DNA from: an uncultured Candidatus Saccharibacteria bacterium
GTDB taxonomy: Bacteria > Patescibacteriota > Minisyncoccia > UBA6257 > Colwellbacteraceae
Length of the DNA: 64,000 bases
Direction of reading: 5' to 3'
Assembly (NCBI GenBank): GCA_964643135.1
Contig: CAZXPC010000004.1
Coordinates: forward strand, 4,716-68,715
Both the position numbers and the translations under genes were made by a program. This document shows, piece by piece, positions 57,335 to 64,000 of the stretch. The notes below the pieces were generated by a model. It was given only the letters and a program-made list of their open reading frames with translations, was not told the origin of the DNA and did no database searches. Numbering within the stretch: the stretch's first letter is position 1; each line of letters begins with the position of its first letter.

Positions 57335-57474
57335 ACAAACCCTCCCCTCAGGAACCGGGATAAATCTCTTCCAGCGAGAGATTTTCCCTCAGCGCTCAGC
57401 CAGTGGTCGCCGTAATATAAAACGGCGCACCTAGCTCCACTGGCTTCCGCGATGTTCCTTCAGAAAGGGTTTGT
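57335..57474 (-). repeat. Structured intergenic element E (one module)
   Basis: ACAAACCCT/AGGGTTTGT basal stem; CGCGGAAGCC...GGCTGAGCG and AAATCTCT/AGAGATTT arms. Confidence 0.75.
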
Positions 57475-57490
57475 TCGTTATGGAAACCAC

Positions 57491-57522
57491 AAAAAAGCCC
57501 CCGGCTAAGAAAATGCGGGGGC
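57491..57522 (-). terminator. Intrinsic terminator
   Basis: GCCCCCG...CGGGGGC followed by T6 on the minus strand. Confidence 0.7.
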
Positions 57523-57529
57523 GATCGGC

Positions 57530-58537
57530 TTAACCGAGCCTGTTACGGACGGCGACGCAGACGAAGTCGCCCGAGACAAACTCTTCGACGGTGATCGTAT
57601 CGAGGTGGAGAACCTCGCCGTGGAAGGTTGCCTTGACTAGGGAGTCTCGGCCGTTCGCGCGGACTTCTTCGATCGCGCTTACGTAGGGCTTGCCTTCTTC
57701 AACCAGGCCGGCTTGCTTGGCCTCTCGGAGGATCACTCCAAAGGCCACGATGCGGGCCGGCTTCTGCTTCAAGAGCTCCATTCTCTTCATCACATCTCCG
57801 GGCAATTGCCCCTTGGAAGAGAGAGTGATGTTGCCCACGATGTCCGTTTTCAACGGGCCGCCGAGCCGGTCGAGGAGGTGGCGCACGATCGGCTCTGCGG
57901 TAACTAGGCCGCCGAACATTTCGCCGAGCTTGAGGCTCCCGCCGGGAATGGTGACCAAGATCTCGGTCGGAACCTGGACCCGGTTCGGGTTGGCGTGATG
58001 CTCCACCATCTTCGGCGCGTTGCCGTTCGGCTCGTTCCGCTTGTTCCAATCCAGCCAGTTGCCATGCTGACGTCCGGTTCCGATACCAACAGCCGGATCG
58101 TCTGAGATGGGCGGAACTTTCGGACCGGTCTTCTTCACAGGCGGGAAAGATGCGATCCTCCTGCCCCTCGGAGGAGGTGGCGGGGGCCTGAGAGATCTCG
58201 CGTCGACGTGGCTCTCATCCCAGAGACGCTCCGATACGATGGGCGATAGCCCAGGATCAGGCGGCTTAGGCTCCACGACCGGCGCGGACTCAGGTTCCGG
58301 AGCCGGCGGCAGAGGGGGCGGTTCCGCCTCCACTGCGACAGCTTTCGGTTCTGGCGGGATCGCGGCCGGCTTCGGGACAACGGGCTTCAGAGGAGACGGC
58401 TTCGCGAGGCCCTTCTCGATCAATGCATCGAGGGCCTTGTTCACTTCGGGACATGAGATCCTCTCTTCGCTCATCAAGCGGCCGAGTGTGTACATCTTGT
58501 CGAAGTATTCTCGTTGCTTAACTATGTCGAACGTCAA
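57530..58537 (-). CDS. Pro-rich orphan hypothetical protein (TTG start)
   Basis: 335-aa ORF, GC-rich codons, own terminator. Confidence 0.7.
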   Translation of the reverse strand: MTFDIVKQREYFDKMYTLGRLMSEERISCPEVNKALDALIEKGLAKPSPLKPVVPKPAAIPPEPKAVAVEAEPPPLPPAPEPESAPVVEPKPPDPGLSPIVSERLWDESHVDARSLRPPPPPPRGRRIASFPPVKKTGPKVPPISDDPAVGIGTGRQHGNWLDWNKRNEPNGNAPKMVEHHANPNRVQVPTEILVTIPGGSLKLGEMFGGLVTAEPIVRHLLDRLGGPLKTDIVGNITLSSKGQLPGDVMKRMELLKQKPARIVAFGVILREAKQAGLVEEGKPYVSAIEEVRANGRDSLVKATFHGEVLHLDTITVEEFVSGDFVCVAVRNRLG

Positions 58538-58559
58538 GGTAATTCCCTAACTGATCGTC

Positions 58560-60275
58560 CTACATTTTCTCAAGAGTGTCAACGCCAAGAAGGTTGAGGC
58601 CGGTTTTGAGGATTTTGGCGGCGGTGGAGATGAGGGCGAGGCGGGCGTTTTTGGTTGGAGCATCAGCCTTCAAAACCGGCTCGACTTGGTAGAAATGATT
58701 GATTGATTTCGCTAGATCATATAAGTAGTTGGCTAACTCATTCGGGTAGTATTCCTTAGCGACTCGCTCCAAGACCTCGGGGAAACGGTCGAGTTTTTGG
58801 ATAATTTCCAGCTCAAGTTCAGTGCTCAAGTATTTAACTTCTATTTTGCTGGTTGCTTTGCTTTTTCGCAAAATACTTTTAAGTCGAGCGTATGAATACT
58901 GCAAGTACGGACCGGAGTCTCCTTCAAATGAGAGCATCTTATCCCAATCAAAGGTGATGTTGGATAGCCGGTTTTGTGAAAGGTCGTTATATTTCAAGGC
59001 ACCGATCGCCACAACTTTGGCGATTTTATCATTTTCGCCTGCTGAGAGACCACGGTCCTTTTCGGCGATGATCTTCGATGTCTTTTCGATGGCCTCAGCA
59101 ATGACGTCTTCCATGAAAATGGTTTTACCGGCTCGGGTGGAGAGCTTTTTGCCGTCTTCTCCCAAAACAAGGCCGTGGGCAACGTGGACCAATTCGGTTT
59201 CTTTGGCTTTTGTTAGTTCCGGCAGAAAATCATTTTTAGCAATTGCGAAAAGTTGTTTAAAGTGAAGTTCTTGTTCGTTACCGATCTCATAAATAATCTT
59301 GGCCGGGTGGTATTTTTTAATTCGATAAATAATATTGGCGATATCGCGGGTTAAGTAAAGCGTTGCGCCGTCAGATTTTTCGATCATGGCCGGGGGCAAA
59401 CCCAAATCGTCTAGCGGGATTATCAACGCACCTTCGCTGCGAACCGCGATTTCTTCGTGAACCAGATATTCGATGATTTTCTTTAAATCTTTTTCATAAA
59501 AACTTTCGCCGATTTCCAGCTCAAACTTAACGCCGAGTGTTTTGTACATCTTATTGAATTCCCTAACCGCTTCGGCGCGGAAATTTTGCCACAGCTTGCG
59601 GTTGGCTTCGTCCCCTGCCTCGAGTTTCCTAAATTCTTCTTGGCCTTTTTTCTCCAACTCGGGATTGGTTTTGGCTTCAGCCGTGAAACGGACATAAAGC
59701 TCGAGCAAGTGCTTGATTGGTTCGGTTTTGAGCTTCTTTTCATCGCCCCACATATTGTAAGCCGCCGTTAGCTTGCCGAACTGCACTCCCCAATCACCCA
59801 GATAATTCCAGCGAATTGTTTTATAGCCTAAGAATTGATGAATATTAGCGATGGCGTCACCAATAATGGTCGAGCGGAAGTGGCCAACATGCATGGGTTT
59901 GCCTATATTGGGCGAGGAATACTCGACGATGACCTTGGTATTCTTGCCCACATTAACTTTTCCCCAATTTTTTGTTCGGGAGATGTTTAGAAATTCTTTT
60001 TGGATGGCTGCTCTGGTAAACCAGATATTAATAAACCCCGGTGCGGCGATATCGATTTTTTCGATCAAGTTTTTTGGCGCGGCGTGGACTAGAAATTCCT
60101 TAACATAATTAGCGGCCTGCATCGGACTCATTTTCTTTTGCTGATTCTCCTTGGCCACCACAAAAGCGATATTGGTCGCCAAGTGGCCGTGAGTTTTTAT
60201 TTCCGGCGGGGCCAATTTATACGAAAGATTAGGAAACCCGCTATTTAAAAGTTTTTTTATCCGGGCGCCAAGCAT
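58560..60275 (-). CDS. argS: Arginine--tRNA ligase
   Basis: EYSSPNIGKPMHVGH, GDWGVQFG, YLTRDIA, GPYLQYSYAR. Confidence 0.97.
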   Translation of the reverse strand: MLGARIKKLLNSGFPNLSYKLAPPEIKTHGHLATNIAFVVAKENQQKKMSPMQAANYVKEFLVHAAPKNLIEKIDIAAPGFINIWFTRAAIQKEFLNISRTKNWGKVNVGKNTKVIVEYSSPNIGKPMHVGHFRSTIIGDAIANIHQFLGYKTIRWNYLGDWGVQFGKLTAAYNMWGDEKKLKTEPIKHLLELYVRFTAEAKTNPELEKKGQEEFRKLEAGDEANRKLWQNFRAEAVREFNKMYKTLGVKFELEIGESFYEKDLKKIIEYLVHEEIAVRSEGALIIPLDDLGLPPAMIEKSDGATLYLTRDIANIIYRIKKYHPAKIIYEIGNEQELHFKQLFAIAKNDFLPELTKAKETELVHVAHGLVLGEDGKKLSTRAGKTIFMEDVIAEAIEKTSKIIAEKDRGLSAGENDKIAKVVAIGALKYNDLSQNRLSNITFDWDKMLSFEGDSGPYLQYSYARLKSILRKSKATSKIEVKYLSTELELEIIQKLDRFPEVLERVAKEYYPNELANYLYDLAKSINHFYQVEPVLKADAPTKNARLALISTAAKILKTGLNLLGVDTLEKM

Positions 60276-60309
60276 GATACAATTCAAGAATAACATAAAT
60301 TCACAACAA

Positions 60310-61425
60310 ATGGTCGTCTACAACCAAATCAATCTGCCGTTGGAGCGCAAGAAGATCTTGAAAAAGACAGTGGTTATGCTTTTGTCATTGAAGGGGGTGA
60401 CCAGCATTCTTTTCTATACTGTAATGATTTATTTCCTGGCTTTCATGACAGGCTCATTTTGGTTCTCTTATTTTGAAAAATCCGGTCAATCAAGCTCATC
60501 TATTTGGGAGCACCTTTCGATCTACATTATAGTAATTGGATTGGTAACCGTAACTTTGATCCGCGGAATTATTGCTTATATCTATCAATCTTATTATTAC
60601 AAATCCTATAAATACGAGTTCCGGGATGACGGCGCCTCAATAACCAAGGGGGTTGTCTCTCGGTCAACAGGAAATGTGCGCTACGAAAAACTCCAGAATG
60701 TTTATGTCGACCAGGATATTCTTGATCGGGTCTTCGGGCTTTATGACGTCCACTACGAAACTGCCGGCGAAATTTCCGAACCCTATTATCACGTCGATGG
60801 TTTAAATCAAGAAAATGCGGGTAAGTTGATAGCGTTTCTAAATGCCGAGTCGAAAGGCCATTCTAATATAACGGCGCCCGCGGCGGTAGAGATTCAGCAA
60901 TCAGCATTTGTCCCAGAAGATAGAACCGCGCTTTTGAGCTCGGAGAATATCAAACCAACCAATCCGATTTTAGCGCGCGCGCTAATCTTGACCATGGTCA
61001 TGATGATAATCATGCCAGTCGTCTTTTTCATTTTATCTATCCCCCTTTCTAAAGTTCTTGTGCAGATAATGAGCCTGAAACAGTTCCTTGTTTTGTCAGA
61101 GGTAGCGGCCATAGCGTTTAGCATATACGCGATTATTTATAGCTATTTCTACTATAAGAATTATTATTTCGACTTCGGTCCAGAAAAAGGGGAAATAATT
61201 ACGAGGGTTATCGGAACGAGAACTACTTATATTTATTATGACCGCATTCAGGATATAAACATTATTCAAAGCGCCGTTGACAGATTGCTCGGCTTATACA
61301 ATATCTACATATCAACGGCATCAGGCGAAACTATTAGGATGTTGAGCTTCCATAAAGATGAGGCTGGAAAAATAAGAGACTTCTTGCTCAAAAAGGCTAA
61401 AACTTATCGCGGGGGCGGATTGTAG
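60310..61425 (+). CDS. Membrane protein with two bacterial PH (bPH_2) domains
   Basis: Twice TM-TM followed by YEKLQNV...DRVFGL / YDRIQDI...DRLLGL. Confidence 0.85.
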   Translation: MVVYNQINLPLERKKILKKTVVMLLSLKGVTSILFYTVMIYFLAFMTGSFWFSYFEKSGQSSSSIWEHLSIYIIVIGLVTVTLIRGIIAYIYQSYYYKSYKYEFRDDGASITKGVVSRSTGNVRYEKLQNVYVDQDILDRVFGLYDVHYETAGEISEPYYHVDGLNQENAGKLIAFLNAESKGHSNITAPAAVEIQQSAFVPEDRTALLSSENIKPTNPILARALILTMVMMIIMPVVFFILSIPLSKVLVQIMSLKQFLVLSEVAAIAFSIYAIIYSYFYYKNYYFDFGPEKGEIITRVIGTRTTYIYYDRIQDINIIQSAVDRLLGLYNIYISTASGETIRMLSFHKDEAGKIRDFLLKKAKTYRGGGL

Positions 61426-61436
61426 CCACGCCGAAG

Positions 61437-61494
61437 ATTAAAGCCATTTTATAAAAATTGATTTTGAATCGGAGCGGGGGTAGGCTGAAATTAG
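61437..61494 (+). repeat. Left direct repeat (30 bp exact plus promoter remainder) flanking the HAD gene
   Basis: ATTAAAGCCATTTTATAAAAATTGATTTTG...GCTGAAATTAG, also at 62119-62176. Confidence 0.9.
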
Positions 61495-61497
61495 CAT

Positions 61498-62136
61498 ATG
61501 AAGGCGGTTATATTCGATATTGATGGTACGCTCACGCCGGAAATCTCGTGGCTATTTTTGACCGAAGCTCTGGGCGCGTCTAAAAGCGAGCATTTAGAGA
61601 TATTTAACAGCATGAAAGCCGGTGAAATTGACCTGCCCCTGGCAACCAGCCAGTTACTTCGACTATGGCAAGCGAGCGGACAGGCTAATTTGGGAAAACT
61701 TAGAGAAATTTTTGACAAAGTAAGTCTGCGTGAAGGAGCGCTCGAAATCGTGAATTACCTGCGAAGCGAAAATTATAAACTCTGCCTCATCTCCGGTTCG
61801 ATGGGCTTATACGCCGAGACGATTGCTAAAAAGTTAGGGGTTGAAGCGTATTTCAGCAACACCGAGCTGATTTTTGATAAGGCCGGCCAATTAATCAATT
61901 TTAAATATCAGCCGGACCAGGGCGCGATCAAACTAAAACAGCTTATGGAATTTTGCGCGCGCGAAAATATAACGCTCAAGGATTGCGCGGTGATCGGCGA
62001 CAGCGGAAACGATTTGGAAATTTTTAAAGCAACCGGACACGGCATTATTTTGAAGGGCGGCACACCGGAGCCCACCCTCGGGGACGCTGCTTGGAAAAAA
62101 ATAGAGGATTTGGGGGAAATTAAAGCCATTTTATAA
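61498..62136 (+). CDS. HAD-IB phosphoserine-phosphatase-like hydrolase
   Basis: FDIDGTL, ISGS, K, IGDSGND. Confidence 0.9.
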   Translation: MKAVIFDIDGTLTPEISWLFLTEALGASKSEHLEIFNSMKAGEIDLPLATSQLLRLWQASGQANLGKLREIFDKVSLREGALEIVNYLRSENYKLCLISGSMGLYAETIAKKLGVEAYFSNTELIFDKAGQLINFKYQPDQGAIKLKQLMEFCARENITLKDCAVIGDSGNDLEIFKATGHGIILKGGTPEPTLGDAAWKKIEDLGEIKAIL

Positions 62137-62176
62137 AAATTGATTTTGGTTCTGCCCGGTAGTACGCTGAAATTAG
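62119..62176 (+). repeat. Right direct repeat overlapping the HAD stop codon
   Basis: Same 30-mer and GCTGAAATTAG as 61437-61494. Confidence 0.9.
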
Positions 62177-62192
62177 GATTCGAGGGTTTGAC

Positions 62193-62762
62193 ATGGAAAT
62201 CATCAAGCCGATTGAAGAAGAGCAAGCGAAGCGGCCCACGCCCGAGCAATTGGGAGAGCTCGTTTCGAACCTTGAGGAACTACTCAAGACCGAACCGGTC
62301 ATCCACTACGCGGAACCGGTTCCGCTTGATACAATCGCCGAGGCTTTCCGCGTTCCACCATCAAGGCTGAACAGAAAAAACCTCGGCAAAAGTTCGCCGT
62401 ACCCGATCTCCAAGCCTGGAAGGATCCCGCCAGAACTCTTGGGAGAGACGCTCGCCGAGATCGAATTCTATAAGTACGACGAGTCTGAGTTCGAAGGGGA
62501 GATCCAGGTCTTCGAGTCGACCATGCTCATCGACCCGGATGGCATGACCTTCGTTTGGGACAACGAGTGCCACGGCGAAGAGTGCCACCAAGCTAACGCC
62601 AAAGCCCGGGGACTTCTCCTCGAAGCCGGCTTCCGAGAAGTCTCAACGGATGACTACGGCGAAAAGCCGAAGTCTGTGGAGATCAAACTCGAACCGACCG
62701 GAACAACCGTGGAGGCTCCCGACGGCGAAGACAAAGGCCAGGACCCAACGGCGATCGAATAA
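62193..62762 (+). CDS. Acidic orphan hypothetical protein
   Basis: 189-aa ORF with a GAGGG RBS and a downstream terminator (GCACCAC...GTGGTGC-T run). Confidence 0.72.
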   Translation: MEIIKPIEEEQAKRPTPEQLGELVSNLEELLKTEPVIHYAEPVPLDTIAEAFRVPPSRLNRKNLGKSSPYPISKPGRIPPELLGETLAEIEFYKYDESEFEGEIQVFESTMLIDPDGMTFVWDNECHGEECHQANAKARGLLLEAGFREVSTDDYGEKPKSVEIKLEPTGTTVEAPDGEDKGQDPTAIE

Positions 62763-62824
62763 CTCCTGGCTCTCACAACGCACCACACCGGCAAAGTGGT
62801 GCTGTTTTTTAATGATTTTGTTGC

Positions 62825-62853
62825 TTGACACAATTGGCTTAATATTCTAAACT
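62825..62853 (+). promoter_or_regulatory. Sigma70 promoter
   Basis: TTGACA-17nt-TAAACT. Confidence 0.6.
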
Positions 62854-62871
62854 CGCCCCGAGGCTGTTTGC

Positions 62872-63627
62872 TTGTTCTACTGGAAAAATCTGACTCAGGC
62901 GAAGCGAAACGTGAATTACCTCACGCTCGCGGCGATCGGGTTCATCTTCATTCTGGCTACGAAAGTGTTCATCCCTGGGGCAATCCCATTCGACACTTTC
63001 CAAGTCTGGGAGGCGAAAGGAACCTTCTGGGAAGTCTTCCAGACGTCTTGGTTCGCCTTCGCATGGGCTGGCGCCGTCACAACCTTCGTGTGCGCTGTCA
63101 CCCGAAACGACTGGTTCAAGAATCTCAATGCAGAGGCGTATCTAGAACGAGGCCTCTTGATCAGCATCATCGCAGGAGTTACGGAGGAGATCTCCTTCAG
63201 GTGGATCTTCTTCTACTCATCGATCGCGCTGGTCCAGGGGCTCAACTGGATTCTCTTCGGATGGACGGGCCACGGGCTTCTGGAGTGGCTCTTCGTCAAT
63301 GTACTGGGACGGGGGGCAAACGTTCTCACTTTCCATGGTCTATCCTTCTATCTGGTAGGCGGAGCGGCGTGGTCGGTGGGAGCTGGAATCCTGGCTGCGA
63401 ACGGATTCTTCCAGAACGGCCACCGCTATCTCGGCACATTCGGCTACGTCAATTCCTGGTTCGTCGGCATGCTCTTCTTTAGAATCATGCTGCTGCACGG
63501 AATTGTGGCCGCGATCGCAGTCCATTTCCTCTACGACATGCTCATCTTTGTTATCCAATACATCGATGCGCGGATCGAGAGGCGGCAAGGCTACGCAATA
63601 CCGAGTCGCTCTTTGTTCCTACGATAG
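62872..63627 (+). CDS. CPBP/Abi (CAAX-type) intramembrane glutamic endopeptidase
   Basis: EEISFR, FFQNGH, HFLYD motifs; multiple TM; start uncertain. Confidence 0.82.
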   Translation: MFYWKNLTQAKRNVNYLTLAAIGFIFILATKVFIPGAIPFDTFQVWEAKGTFWEVFQTSWFAFAWAGAVTTFVCAVTRNDWFKNLNAEAYLERGLLISIIAGVTEEISFRWIFFYSSIALVQGLNWILFGWTGHGLLEWLFVNVLGRGANVLTFHGLSFYLVGGAAWSVGAGILAANGFFQNGHRYLGTFGYVNSWFVGMLFFRIMLLHGIVAAIAVHFLYDMLIFVIQYIDARIERRQGYAIPSRSLFLR

Positions 63628-63632
63628 AACCA

Positions 63633-63670
63633 GCTCGCACGAGGACTCGGTCCAAAGGCGAGCGTTTTTT
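63633..63670 (+). terminator. Intrinsic terminator
   Basis: GCTCGC...GCGAGC followed by a T-run. Confidence 0.6.
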
Positions 63671-63700
63671 ATTTATCCTTAGCCGCTATATACTAAACTC

Positions 63701-64000
63701 ATGGCAGACTTAGCGGTAAATAAACGTGCGCGGTTTGATTATGAAATACTCGAAACCTTTGAAGCAGGCATCGAGCTATTTGGGTTTGAAGTAAAGGCGA
63801 TCCGCGCCGGGCGGCTAAATTTAAGCGGCAGCTATGTTATTATCCGCGGCGAGGAAGCGTATTTAATTAATGCCGATCTGCCGGCATATCAACCGCTCAA
63901 CACACCAGCCGATTATGACCCGAAGCGCTCGCGGCGGCTGTTGCTTCGCAAAAACGAAATAAAAGAACTGATGGGTCGAGTTAAAGAATCCGGCTTGACA
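63701..64000 (+). CDS. smpB: SsrA-binding protein (truncated by the window end; not in the ORF track)
   Basis: MADLAVNKRARFDYEILETFEAGIELFGFEVKAIRAG...RRLLLRKNEI. Confidence 0.96.
   Translation, partial: MADLAVNKRARFDYEILETFEAGIELFGFEVKAIRAGRLNLSGSYVIIRGEEAYLINADLPAYQPLNTPADYDPKRSRRLLLRKNEIKELMGRVKESGLT

Noticed and set aside
57264-57490. T-box riboswitch upstream of ileS
   Set aside because: No GGTGGNACCGCG T-box; the structure belongs to the dispersed repeat family, and ileS has a -10 box just before its ATG

Overview
Bacterial chromosomal window. Gene content and style suggest a Patescibacteria/CPR (Parcubacteria-like) genome; this is inferred, not a database match. Housekeeping genes: rplY, hisS, ileS, trpS, argS, smpB, secG, rnj, tRNA-Leu(CAG), gpmI and a gap-rpiB-rpe-tkt-tkt-pfkB-fba operon. 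Accessory content: two histidine kinases, two stand-alone receivers, a SpeD/SET/SMR/DHS-like cluster, GNAT/HAM1/VOC genes and a large block of secreted or peptidoglycan-binding surface proteins including a 1273-aa S-layer-like protein. No transposase, integrase, reverse transcriptase, CRISPR array or rRNA was seen. Strongest unexplained signals: (1) five intergenic mosaic elements carrying seven copies of a ~110-140 nt strand-polar structured module with compensatory base changes, tandem GA loops and an AGYA tetraloop; (2) an orphan MazF/PemK gene with no protein antitoxin, flanked by a convergent promoter-driven sRNA candidate (UUCG and GCAA tetraloops) and an upstream terminated leader; (3) a SpeD-SET gene pair near a DHS-like gene; (4) a HAD gene bracketed by direct repeats of its own 3' end plus a promoter; (5) an IleRS with a GLHH motif and an inserted histidine-phosphatase domain. 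Coordinates were counted by eye. Several start codons were moved downstream of the ORF-track starts.
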